A DNA stretch of 64,000 nt, from assembly GCF_009914755.1 (NCBI RefSeq), contig NC_060931.1, one strand, 5' to 3'. The notes beneath the pieces are model-generated. The model did not search any database and had not been told where the DNA came from. It saw nothing but the letters and a program-made list of their open reading frames with translations. The position numbers and the translations under genes are program-made. This document shows positions 26,601 to 40,168 of the stretch, piece after piece (position 1 is the first letter of the stretch; each line of letters opens with the position of its first letter). Origin of the DNA: the human T2T-CHM13v2.0 reference genome, Homo sapiens.

Positions 26601-29600
26601 CTTTCTTTTCATAGAGCAGTTTGGAAACACTCTGTTGGTAAAGTCTGCAAGTGGATATATGGACCGCATTGAGGCCTTCGTTGGAAACGAGATTTCTTCA
26701 TTTCATGCTAGACAGAAGAATTCTCAGTAACTTCTTTGTGCTGTGTGTATTCAACTCACAGCGTGGAACGTCCCTTTACACAGAGCAGATTAGAAACACT
26801 CTTTTTGTGGAATTTGCAAGTGGAGATTTCAAGCGATTTGATGCCAACAGTAGAAAAGGAAATATCTTCAAATAAAAACTAGACAGAATCATTCTCAGAA
26901 ACGTCTTTGTGATGTGTGCCTTCAACTCACAGAGTTTAACCTTTCTTTTCTTAGAGCAGTTTAGAAACACTCTGCTTGTTATGTCTGCAAGTGGATATTT
27001 GGACCTCTTTGAGACCTTCGTTGCAAACGGGGTTTCTTCCTTTAATGCTAGACTAAGAAGAGTTCTCAGTAACTTTTTTGTGTTGTGTGTATTCAACTCA
27101 CAGAGTTGAACCTTGCTTTAGAGAGAGCAGATTTGAAACACTCTTGCTGTGGCATTTTCAGGTGGAGATTTCAAGCGATTTGAGGACAATTGCAGAAAAG
27201 GAAATATCTTCGTATAATAACCAGACAGAATCATTCTCAGAAAGTGCTTTGTGATGTGTGCGTTCAACTCACAGAGTTTAACCTTTCTTTTCATAGAGGA
27301 GTTTGGAAACACACTGTTTGTAAAGTCTGCAAGTGGATATATGGACCTGTTTGAGGCCTTCGTTGGAAACGGGATTTTATCATATAATGCTAGACGGAAG
27401 AATTCTCAGTAAATTCTTTGTGTTGTGTGCATTCAACTCACAGAGTGGAACGTCCCTTTAGACAGAGCAGATTTGAAACACTCTTTTTGCGGAATTTGCA
27501 AGTGGAGATTTCTAGCCATTTGATGCCAACAGTAGAAAGGGAAATATCTTCAAATAAAAACTAGACAGAATCATCCTCAGAAAATTCTTTGTGATGTGTG
27601 CGTTGAACTCACATAGTTTAACCTTTCTTTTCATAGAGCAGTTTGGAAACATTCTGTTGGTAAAGTCTGCAAGTGGATATATGGACCGCATTGAGGCCTT
27701 CGTTGGAAACGGGATTTCTTCATTTCATCCTAGAGAGAAGAATTCTCAGTAACTTCTTTGTGCTGTGTGTATTCACCTCACAGAGTGGAACGTCCCTTCA
27801 CACAGAGCAGATTTGAAACACTCTTTTTGTGGAATTTGCAAGTGGAGATTTCAAGCGATTTGATGCCAACAGTAGAAAAGGAAATATCTTCAAATAAAAA
27901 CTAGACAGAATCATTCTCAGAAACTTCTTTGTGATGTGTGCCTTCAACTCACAGAGTTTAACCTTGCTTTTCTTAGAGCAGTTTAGAAACACTCTGCTTG
28001 TTATGTCTGCAAGTGGATATTTGGACCTCTTTGAGGCCTTCGATGCAAACGGGGTTTCTTCCTTTAATGCTAGACTAAGAAGAGTTCTCAGAAACTTTTT
28101 TGTGTTGTGTGTATTCAACTCACAGAGTTGAACCTTGCTTTAGAGAGAGCAGATTTGAAACACTCTTGCTGTGGCATTTTCAGGTGGAGATTTCAAGCGA
28201 TTTGAGGACAATTGCAGAAAAGGAAATATCTTCGTATAATAACCAGACAGAATCATTCTCAGAAAGTGCTTTGTGATGTTTGCGTTCAACTCACAGAGTT
28301 TAACCTTTCTTTTCATAGAGGAGTTTGGAAACACACTGTTTGTAAAGTCTGCAATTGGATATATGGACCTGTTTGAGGCCTTCGTTGGAAACGGGATTTT
28401 ATCATATAATGCTAGACGGAAGAATTCTCAGTAAATTCTTTGTGTTGTGTGCATTCAACTCACAGAGTGGAACGTCCCTTTAGACAGAGCAGATTTGAAA
28501 CACTCTTTTTGCGGAATTTGCAAGTGGAGATTTCTAGCCATTTCATACCAACAGTAGAAAGGGAAATATCTTCAAATAAAAACTAGACAGAATCATCCTC
28601 AGAAAATTCTTTGTGATGTGTGCGTTCAACTCACATACTTTAACCTTTCTTTTCATAGAGCAGTTTGGAAACACTCTGTTGTTAAAGTCTGCAAGTGGAT
28701 ATATGGACCGCATTGAGGCCTTCGTTGGAAACGGGATTTCTTCATTTCATGCTAGACAGAAGAATTCTCAGTAACTTCTTTGTGCTGTGTGTATTCAACT
28801 CACAGAGTGGAACGTCCCTTTACACAGAGCAGATTTGAAACACTCTTTTTGTGGAATTTGCAAGTGGAGATTTCAAGCGATTTGATGCCAACAGTAGAAA
28901 AGGAAATATCTTCAAATAAAAACTAGACAGAATCATTCTCAGAAACTACTTTGTGATGTGTGCCTTCAACTCACAGAGTTTAACCTTTCTTTTCTTAGAG
29001 CAGTTTAGAAACACTCTGCTTGTTATGTCTGCAACTGGATATTTGGACCTCTTTGAGGCCTTCGTTGCAAACGGGGTTTCTTCCTTTAATGCTAGACTAA
29101 GAAGAGTTCTCAGTAACTTTTTTGTGTTGTGTGTATTCAACTCACAGAGTTGAACCTTGCTTTAGAGAGAGCAGATTTGAAACACTCTTTTTGTGGAATT
29201 TGCAAGTGGAGATTTCAAGCGATTTGATGCCAACAGTAGAAAAGGAAATATCTGCAAATAAAAACTAGACAGAATCATTCTCAGAAAGTGCTTTGTGATG
29301 TGTGCGTTCAACTCACAGAGTTTAACCTTTCTTTTCATAGAGGAGTTTGGAAACACACTGTTTGTAAAGTCTGCAATTGGATATATGGACCTGTTTGAGG
29401 CCTTTGTTGGAAACGGGATTTCCTCATTGAATGCTAGACGGAAGAATTCTCAGTAAATTCTTTTTGTTGTGTGCATTCAACTCACAGAGTGGAACGTCCC
29501 TTTAGACAGAGCAGATTTGAAACACTCTTTTTGCGGAATTTGCAAGTGGAGATTTCTAGCCATTTGATGCCAACAGTAGAAAGGGAAATATCTTCAAATA

Positions 29601-29956
29601 AAAACTAGACAGAATCATCCTCAGAAAATTCTTTGTGATGTGTGCGTTCAACTCACATAGTTTAACCTTTCTTTTCATAGAGCAGTTTGGAAACACTCTG
29701 TTGGTAAAGTCTGCAAGTGGATATATGGACCGCATTGAGGCCTTCGTTGGAAACGAGATTTCTTCATTTCATGCTAGACAGAAGAATTCTCAGTAACTTC
29801 TTTGTGCTGTGTGTATTCAACTCACAGCGTGGAACGTCCCTTTACACAGAGCAGATTAGAAACACTCTTTTTGTGGAATTTGCAAGTGGAGATTTCAAGC
29901 GATTTGATGCCAACAGTAGAAAAGGAAATATCTTCAAATAAAAACTAGACAGAATC
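17693..29956 (+). repeat. Run of twelve consecutive 6-mers, each exactly 1022 bp
   Basis: Anchor spacing is 1022 throughout (12264 = 12 x 1022). Confidence 0.93.
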
Positions 29957-32900
29957 ATTCTCAGAAACGTCTTTGTGATGTGTGCCTTCAACTCACAGAG
30001 TTTAACCTTTCTTTTCTTAGAGCAGTTTAGAAACACTCTGCTTGTTATGTCTGCAAGTGGATATTTGGACCTCTTTGAGACCTTCGTTGCAAACGGGGTT
30101 TCTTCCTTTAATGCTAGACTAAGAAGAGTTCTCAGTAACTTTTTTGTGTTGTGTGTATTCAACTCACAGAGTTGAACCTTGCTTTAGAGAGAGCAGATTT
30201 GAAACACTCTTGCTGTGGCATTTTCAGGTGGAGATTTCAAGCGATTTGAGGACAATTGCAGAAAAGGAAATATCTTCGTATAATAACCAGACAGAATCAT
30301 TCTCAGAAAGTGCTTTGTGATGTGTGCGTTCAACTCACAGAGTTTAACCTTTCTTTTCATAGAGGAGTTTGGAAACACACTGTTTGTAAAGTCTGCAAGT
30401 GGATATATGGACCTGTTTGAGGCCTTCGTTGGAAACGGGATTTTATCATATAATGCTAGACGGAAGAATTCTCAGTAAATTCTTTGTGTTGTGTGCATTC
30501 AACTCACAGAGTGGAACGTCCCTTTAGACAGAGCAGATTTGAAACCCTCTTTTTGCGAAATTTGCAAGTGGAGATTTCTAGCCATTTGATGCCAACAGTA
30601 GAAAGGGAAATATCTTCAAATAAAAACTAGACAGAATCATCCTCAGAAAATTCGTTGTGATGTGTGCGTTCAACTCACATAGTTTAACCTTTCTTTTCAT
30701 AGAGCAGTTTGGAAACACTCTGTTGGTAATGTCTGCAAGTGGATATATGGACTGCTTTGAGGCCTTCGTTGGAAACGGGATTTCTTCATTTCATGCTAGA
30801 CAGAAGAAATCTCAGTAACTTCTTTGTGTTGTGTGTATTCAACTCACAGATTGGAACGTCCCTTTACACAGAGCAGATTTGAAACACTCTTTTTGTGGAA
30901 TTTGCAAGTGGAGATTTCAAGCGATTTGATGCCAACAGTAGAAAAGGAAATATCTGCAAATAAAAACTAGACAGAATCATTCTCAGAAAGTGCTTTGTGA
31001 TGTGTGCATTCAACTCACAGAGTTTAACCTTTCTTTTCATAGAGGAGTTTGGAAACACACTGTTTGTAAAGTCTGCAATTGGATATATGGACCTGTTTGA
31101 GGCCTTCGTTGGAAAAGGGATTTTATCATATAATGCTAGACGGAAGAATTCTCAGTAAATTCTTTGTGTTGTGTGCATTCAACTCACAGAGTGGAACGTC
31201 CCTTTAGACAGAGCAGATTTGAAACACTCTTTTTGCGGAATTTGCAAGTGGAGATTTCTAGCCATTTGATGCCAACAGTAGAAAGGGAAATATCTTCAAA
31301 TAAAAACTAGACAGAATCATCCTCAGAAAATTCTTTGTGATGTGTGCGTTCAACTCACATAGTTTAACCTTTCTTTTCATAGAGCAGTTTGGAAACCCTC
31401 TGTTGGTAAAGTCTGCAAGTGGATATATGGACCGCATTGAGGCCTTCGTTGGAAACGGGATTTCTTCATTTCATGCTAGACAGAAGAATTCTCAGTAACT
31501 TCTTTGTGCTGTGTGTACTCAACTCACAGAGTGGAACGTCCCTTTGCACAGAGCAGATTTGAAACACTCTTTTTGTGGAATTTGCAAGTGGAGATTTCAA
31601 GCGATTTGATGCCAAATTAGAAAGGGAAATATCTTCAAATAAAAACTAGACAGAATCATTCTCAGAAACTTCTTTGTGATGTGTGCCTTCAACTCACAGA
31701 GTTTAACCTTTCTTTTCTTAGAGCAGTTTAGAAACACTCTGCTTGTTATGTCTGCAAGTGGATATTTGGACCTCTTTGAGGCCTTCGTTGCAAACGGGGT
31801 TTCTTCCTTTAATGCTAGACTAAGAAGAGTTCTCAGTATCTTTTTTGTGTTGTGTGTATTCAACTCACAGAGTTGAACCTTGCTTTAGAGAGAGCAGATT
31901 TGAAACACTCTTGCTGTGGCATTTTCAGGTGGAGATTTCAAGCGATTTGAGGACAATTGCACAAAAGGAAATATCTTCGTATAATAACCAGACAGAATCA
32001 TTCTCAGAAAGTACTTTGTGATTTGTGCGTTCAACTCACAGAGTTTAACCTTTCTTTTCATAGAGGAGTTTGGAAACACACTGTTTGTAAAGTCTGCAAG
32101 TGGATATATGGACCTGTTTGAGGCCTTAGTTGGAAACGGGATTTTATCATATAATGCTAGACGGAAGAATTCTCAGTAAATTCTTTGTGTTGTGTGCATT
32201 CAACTCACAGAGTGGAACGTCCCTTTAGACAGAGCAGATTTGAAACACTCTTTTTGCGGAATTTGCAAGTGGAGATTTCTAGCCATTTGATGCCAACAGT
32301 AGAAAGGGAAATATCTTCAAATAAAAACTAGACAGAATCATCCTCAGAAAATTCTTTGTGATGTGTGCGTTCAACTCACATAGTTTAACCTTTCTTTTCA
32401 TAGAGCAGTTTGGAAACCCTCTGTTGGTAAAGTCTGCAAGTGGATATATGGACCGCATTGAGGCCTTCGTTGGAAACGGGATTTCTTCATTTCATGCTAG
32501 ACAGAAGAATTCTCAGTAACTTCTTTGTGCTGTGTGTATTCAACTCACAGAGTGGAACGTCCCTTTACACAGAGCAGATTTGAAACACTCTTTTTGTGGA
32601 ATTTGCAAGTGGAGATTTCAAGCGATTTGATGCCAACAGTAGAAAAGGAAATATCTTCAAATAAAAACTAGACAGAATCATTCTCAGAAACTTCTTTGTG
32701 ATGTGTGCCTTCAACTCACAGAGTTTAACGTTTCTTTTCTTAGAGCAGTTTAGAAACACTCTGCTTGTTATGTCTGCAAGTGGATATTTGGACCTCTTTG
32801 AGACCTTCGTTGCAAACGGGGTTTCTTCCTTTCATGCTAGACTAAGAAGAGTTCTCAGTAACTTTTTTGTGTTGTGTGTATTCAACTCACAGAGTTGAAC

Positions 32901-35900
32901 CTTGCTTTAGAGAGAGCAGATTTGAAACACTCTTGCTGTGGCATTTTCAGGTGGAGATTTCAAGCGATTTGAGGACAATTGCAGAAAAGGAAATATCTTC
33001 GTATAATAACCAGACAGAATCATTCTCAGAAAGTGCTTTGTGATGTGTGCGTTCAACTCACAGAGTTTAACCTTTCTTTTCATAGAGGAGTTTGGAAACA
33101 CACTGTTTGTAAAGTCTGCAAGTGGATATATGGACCTGTTTGAGGCCTTCGTTGGAAACGGGATTTTATCATATAATGCTAGACGGAAGAATTCTCAGTA
33201 AATTCTTTGTGTTGTGTGCATTCAACTCACAGAGTGGAACGTCCCTTTAGACAGAGCAGATTTGAAACACTCTTTTTGCGGAATTTGCAAGTGGAGATTT
33301 CTAGCCATTTGATGCCAACAGTAGAAAGGGAAATATCTTCAAATAAAAACTAGACAGAATCATCCTCAGAAAATTCGTTGTGATGTGTGCGTTCAACTCA
33401 CATAGTTTAACCTTTCTTTTCATAGAGCAGTTTGGAAACACTCAGTTGGTAATGTCTGCAAGTGGATATATGGACTGCTTTGAGGCCTTCGTTGGAAACG
33501 GGATTTCTTCATTTCATGCTAGACAGAAGAAATCTCAGTAACTTCTTTGTGTTGTGTGTATTCAACTCACAGATTGGAACGTCCCTTTACACAGAGCAGA
33601 TTTGAAACACTCTTTTTGTGGAATTTGCAAGTGGAGATTTCAAGCGATTTGATGCCAACAGTAGAAAAGGAAATATCTGCAAATAAAAACTAGACAGAAT
33701 CATTCTCAGAAAGTGCTTTGTGATGTGTGCGTTCAACTCACAGAGTTTAACCTTTCTTTTCATAGAGGAGTTTGGAAACACACTGTTTGTAAAGTCTGCA
33801 ATTGGATATATGGACCTGTTTGAGGCCTTCGTTGGAAACGGGATTTTATCATATAATGCTAGACGGAAGAATTCTCAGTAAATTCTTTGTGTTGTGTGCA
33901 TTCAACTCACAGAGTGGAACGTCCCTTTAGACAGAGCAGATTTTAAACACTCTTTTTGCGGAATTTGCAAGTGGAGATTTCTAGCCATTTGATGCCAACA
34001 GTAGAAAGGGAAATATCTTCAAATAAAAACTAGACAGAATCATCCTCAGAAAATTCTTTGTGATGTGTGCGTTCAACTCACATAGTTTAACCTTTCTTTT
34101 CATAGAGCAGTTTGGAAACCCTCTGTTGGTAAAGTCTGCAAGTGGATATATGGACCGCATTGAAGCCTTCGTTGGAAACGGGATTTCTTCATTTCATGAT
34201 AGACAGAAGAATTCTCAGTAACTTCTTTGTGCTGTGTGTACTCAACTCACAGAGTGGAACGTCCCTTTGCACAGAGCAGATTTGAAACACTCTTTTTGTG
34301 GAATTTGCAAGTGGAGATTTCAAGCGATTTGATGCCAAAAGTAGAAAGGGAAATATCTTCAAATAAAAACTAGACAGAATCATTCTCAGAAACTTCTTTG
34401 TGATGTGTGCCTTCAACTCACAGAGTTTAACCTTTCTTTTCTTAGAGCAGTTTAGAAACACTCTGCTTGTTATGTCTGCAAGTGGATATTTGGACCTCTT
34501 TGAGGCCTTCGTTGCAAACGGGGTTTCTTCCTTTAATGCTAGACTAAGAAGAGTTCTCAGTATCTTTTTTGTGTTGTGTGTATTCAACTCACAGAGTTGA
34601 ACCTTGCTTTAGAGAGAGCAGATTTGAAACACTCTTGCTGTGGCATTTTCAGGTGGAGATTTCAAGCGATTTGAGGACAATTGCAGAAAAGGAAATATCT
34701 TCGTATAATAACCAGACAGAATCATTCTCAGAAAGTGCTTTGTGATGTGTGCGTTCAACTCACAGACTTTAACCTTTCTTTTCATAGAGGAGTTTGGAAA
34801 CACACTGTTTGTAAAATCTGCAATTGGATATATGGACCTGTTTGAGGCCTTCGTTGGAAATGGGATTTTATCATATAATGCTAGACGGAAGAATTCTCAG
34901 TAAATTCTTTGTGTTGTGTGCATTCAACTCACAGAGTGGAACGTCCCTTTAGACAGAGCAGATTTGAAACACTCTTTTTGCGGAATTTGCAAGTGGAGAT
35001 TTCTAGCCATTTGATGCCAACAGTAGAAAGGGAAATATCTTCAAATAAAAACTAGACAGAATCATCCTCAGAAAATTCTTTGTGATGTGTGCGTTCAACT
35101 CACATAGTTTAACCTTTCTTTTCATAGAGCAGTTTGGAAACACTCTGTTGGTAAAGTCTGCAAGTGGATATATGGACCGCATTGAGGCCTTCGTTGGAAA
35201 CGGGATTTCTTCATTTCATGCTAGACAGAAGAATTCTCAGTAACTTCTTTGTGCTGTGTGTATTCAACTCACAGAGTGGAACGTCCCTTTACACAGAGCA
35301 GATTTGAAACACTCTTTTTGTGGAATTTGCAAGTGGAGATTTCAAGCGATTTGATGCCAACAGTAGAAAAGGAAATATCTTCAAATAAAAACTAGACAGA
35401 ATCATTCTCAGAAACTTCTTTGTGATGTGAGCCTTCAACTCACAGAGTTTAACCTTTCTTTTCTTAGAGCAGTTTAGAAACACTCTGCTTGTTATGTCCG
35501 CAAGTGGATATTTGGACCTCTTTGAGACCTTCGTTGCCAACGGGGTTTCTTCCTTTAATGCTAGACTAAGAAGAGTTCCCAGTAACTTTTTTGTGTTGTG
35601 TGTATTCAACTCACAGAGTTGAACCTTGCTTTAGAGAGAGCAGATTTGAAACACTCTTGCTGTGGCATTTTCAGGTGGAGATTTCAAGCGATTTGAGGAC
35701 AATTGCAGAAAAGGAAATATCTTCGTAAAATAACCAGACAGAATCATTCTCAGAAAGTGCTTTGTGATGTGTGCGTTCAACTCACAGAGTTTAACCTTTC
35801 TTTTCATAGAGGAGTTTGGAAACACACTGTTTGTAAAGTCTGCAAGTGGATATATGGACCTGTTTGAGGCCTTCGTTGGAAACGGGATTTTATCATATAA

Positions 35901-38807
35901 TGCTAGACGGAAGAATTCTCAGTAAATTCTTTCTGTTGTGTGCATTCAACTCACAGAGTGGAACGTCCCTTTAGACAGAGCAGATTTGAAACACTCTTTT
36001 TGCGGAATTTGCAAGTGGAGATTTCTAGCCATTTGATGCCAACAGTAGAAAGGGAAATATCTTCAAATAAAAACTAGACAGAAACATCCTCAGAAAATTC
36101 TTTGTGATGTGTACGTTCAACTCACATAGTTTAACCTTTATTTTCATAGAGCAGTTTGGAAACACTCTTTTGGTAATGTCTGCAAGTGGATATATGGACC
36201 GCTTTGAGGCCTTCGTTGGAAACGGGATTTCTTCATTTCATGCTAGACAGAAGAATTCTCAGTAACTTCTTTGTGTTGTGTGTATTCAACTCACAGATTG
36301 GAACGTCCCTTTACACAGAGCAGATTTGAAACACTCTTTTTGTGGAAATTGCAAGTGGAGATTTCAAGCGATTTGATGCCAACAGTAGAAAAGGAAATAT
36401 CTGCAAATAAAAATTAGACAGAATCATTCTCAGAAAGTGCTTTGTGATGTGTGCGTTCAACTCACAGAGTTTAACCTTTCTTTTCATAGAGGAGTTTGGA
36501 AACACACTGTTTGCAAAGTCTGCAATTGGATATATGCACCTGTTTGAGGCCTTCGTTGGAAACGGGATTTCTTCATTGAATGCTAGACGGAATAATTCTC
36601 AGTAAATTCTTTGTGTTGTGTGCATTCAACTCACAGAGTGGAACGTCCCTTTAGACAGAGCAGATTTGAAACACTCTTTTTGCGGAATTTGCAAGTGGAG
36701 ATTTCTAGCCATTTGATGCCAACAGTAGAAAGGGAAATATCTTCAAATAAAAACCAGACAGAATCATTCTCAGAAAATTCTTTGTGATGTGTGCGTTCAA
36801 CTCACATAGTTTAACCTTTCTTTTCATAGAGCAGTTTGGAAACACTCTGTTTGTAAAGTCTGCAAGTGGATATATGGACCGCATTTAGGCCTTCGTTGGA
36901 AACGGGATTTCTTCATTTCATGCTAGACAGAAGAATTCTCAGTAACTTCTTTGTGCTGTGTGTATTCAACTCACAGAGTGGAACGTCCCTTTGCACAGAG
37001 CAGATTTGAAACACTCTTTTTGTGGAATTTGCAAGTGGAGATTTCAAGCGATTTGATGCCAACAGTAGAAAAGGAAATATCTTCAAATAAAAAGTAGACA
37101 GAATCATTCTCAGAAACTACTTTGTGATGTGTGCCTTCAACTCACAGAGTTTAAGCTTTCTTTTCTTAGAGCAGTTTAGAAACACTCTGCTTGTTATGTC
37201 TGCAAGTGGATATTTGGACCTCTTTGAGGCCTTCGTTGCAAACGGGGTTTCTTCCTTTAATGCTAGACTAAGAAGAGTTCTCAGTAAGTTTTTTGTGTTG
37301 TGTGTATTCAACTCACAGAGTTGAACCTTGCTTTAGAGAGAGCAGATTTGAAACACTCTTGCTGTGGCATTTTCAGGTGGAGATTTCAAGCGATTTGAGG
37401 ACAATTGCAGAAAAGGAAATATCTTCGTATAATAACCAGACAGAATCATTCTCAGAAAGTGCTTTGTGATGTGTGCGTTCAACTCACAGAGTTTAACCTT
37501 TCTTTTCATAGAGGAGTTTGGAAACACACTGTTTGTAAAGTCTGCAAGTGGATATATGGACCTGTTTGAGGCCTTCGTTGGAAACGGGATTTTATCATAT
37601 AATGCTAGACGGAAGAATTCTCAGTAAATTCTTTGTGTTGTGTGCATTCAACTCACAGAGTGGAACGTCCCTTTAGACAGAGCAGATTTGAAACACTCTT
37701 TTTGCGGAATTTGCAAGTGGAGATTTCTAGCCATTTGATGCCAACAGTAGAAAGGGAAATATCTTCAAATAAAAACTAGACAGAATCATCCTCAGAAAAT
37801 TCTTTGTGTTGTGTGCGTTCAACTCACATAGTTTAACCTTTCTTTTCATAGAGCAGTTTGGAAACACTCTGTTGGTAATGTCTGCAAGTGGATATATGGA
37901 CCTCTTTGAGGCCTTCGTTGGAAACGGGATTTCTTCATTTCATGCTAGACAGAAGAATTCTCAGTAACTTCTTTGTGTTGTGTGTATTCAACTCACAGTT
38001 TGGAACGTCCCTTTACACAGAGCAGATTTGAAACACTCTTTTTCTGGAATTTGCAAGTGGAGATTTCAAGCGATTTGATGCCAACAGTAGAAAAGGAAAT
38101 ATCTGCAAATAAAAACTAGACAGAATCATTCTCAGAAAGTGCTTTGTGATGTGTGCGTTCAACTCACAGAGTTTAACCTTTCTTTTCATAGAGGAGTTTG
38201 GAAACACACTATTTGTAAAGTCTGCAATTGGATATATGGACCTGTTTGAGGCCTTCGTTGGAAACGGGATTTCTTCATTGAATGCTAGACGGAAGAATTC
38301 TCAGTAAATTCTTTGTGTTGTGTGCATTCAACTCACAGAGTGGAACGTCCCTTTAGACAGAGCAGATTTGAAACACTCTTTTTGCGGAATTTGCAAGTGG
38401 AGATTTCTAGCCATTTGATGCCAACAGTAGAAAGGGAAATATCTTCAAATAAATACCAGACAGAATCATTCTCAGAAAATTCTTTGTGATGTGTGCGTTC
38501 AACTCACATAGTTTAACCTTTCTTTTCATAGAGCAGTTTGGAAACACTCTGTTTGTAAAGTCTGCAAGTGGATATATGGACCGCATTGAGGCCTTCGTTG
38601 GAAACGGGATTTCTTCATTTCATGCTAGACAGAAGAATTCTCAGTAACTTCTTTGTGCTGTGTGTATTCAACTCACAGAGTGGAACGTCCCTTTACACAG
38701 AGCAGATTTGAAACACTCTTTTTGTGGAATTTGCAAGTGGAGATTTCAAGCGATTTGATGCCAACAGTAGAAAAGGAAATATCTTCAAATAAAAACTAGA
38801 CAGAATC
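29957..38807 (+). repeat. Mixed HOR block: 10,6,10,6,10,10-mers
   Basis: A starts at 29957, 31658, 32680, 34382, 35404, 37106 and 38808. Confidence 0.9.
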
Positions 38808-40168
38808 ATTCTCAGAAACTACTTTGTGATGTGTGCCTTCAACTCACAGAGTTTAACCTTTCTTTTCTTAGAGCAGTTTAGAAACACTCTGCTTGTTATG
38901 TCTGCAAGTGGATATTTGGACCTCTTTGAGGCCTTCGTTGCAAACGGGGTTTCTTCCTTTAATGCTAGACTAAGAAGAGTTCTCAGTAACTTTTTTGTGT
39001 TGTGTGTATTCAACTCACAGAGTTGAACCTTGCTTTAGAGAGAGCAGATTTGAAACACTCTTGCTGTGGCATTTTCAGCTGGAGATTTCAAGCGATTTGA
39101 GGACAATTGCAGAAAAGGAAATATCTTCGTGTAATAACCAGACAGAATCATTCTCAGAAAGTGCTCTGTGATGTGTGCGTTCAACTCACAGAGTTTAACC
39201 TTTCTTTTCATAGAGGAGTTTGGAAACACACTGTTTGTAAAGTCTGCAATTGGATATATGGACCTGTTTGAGGCCTTCGTTGGAAACAGGATTTTATCAT
39301 ATAATGCTAGACGGAAGAATTCTCAGTAAATTCTTTGTGTTGTGTGCCTTCAACTCACAGAGTGGAACGTCCCTTTAAACAGAGCAGATTTGAAACCCCC
39401 TTTTGCGGAATATGCAAGTGGAGATTTCTAGCCATTGGATGCCAACAGTAGAAAGGGAAATATCTTCAAATAAAAACTACACAGAATCATCCTCAGAAAA
39501 TTCTTTGTGATGTGTGCGTTCAACTCACATAGTTTAACCTTTCTTTTCATAGAGCAGTTTGGAAACACTCTGTTGTTAAAGTCTGCAAGTGGATATATGG
39601 ACCGCATTGAGGCCTTCGTTGGAAACGGGATTTCTTCATTTCATGCTAGACAGAAGAATTCTCAGTAACTTCTTTGTGTTGTGTGCATTCAACTCACAGA
39701 GTGGAACGTCCCTTTAGACAGAGCAGATTTGAAACACTCTTTTTGCGGAATTTGCAAGTGGAGATTTCTAGCCATTTGATGCCAACAGTAGAAAGGGAAA
39801 TATCTTCAAATAAAAACCAGACAGAATCATTCTCAGAAAATTCTTTGTGATGTGTGCGTTCAACTCACATAGTTTAACCTTTCTTTTCATAGAGCAGTTT
39901 GGAAACACTCTGTTTGTAAACTCTGCAAGTGGATATATGGACCGCATTGAGGCCTTCGTTGGAAACGGGATTTCTTCATTTCATGCTAGACAGAAGAATT
40001 CTCAGTAACTTCTTTGTGCTGTGTGTATTCAACTCACAGAGTGGAACGTCCCTTTGCACAGAGCAGATTTGAAACACTCTTTCTGTGGAATTTGCAAGTG
40101 GAGATTTCAAGCGATTTGATGCCAACAGTAGAAAAGGAAATATCTTCAAATAAAAACTAGACAGAATC
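38808..40168 (+). repeat. 8-mer HOR variant ABCDE(F/D)EF (1361 bp)
   Basis: Anchor spacing is 1361. The monomer at ~39657 begins like F (AGTAAC) and continues as D (GCATTC, TTAGACAG, GCGGAA, CTAGCC). Confidence 0.88.

Noticed and set aside
37153-37158. Sporadic HindIII sites (AAGCTT at 37153 and 60973)
   Set aside because: They are independent single C-to-G substitutions in different monomer types (A and C), useful only as markers.
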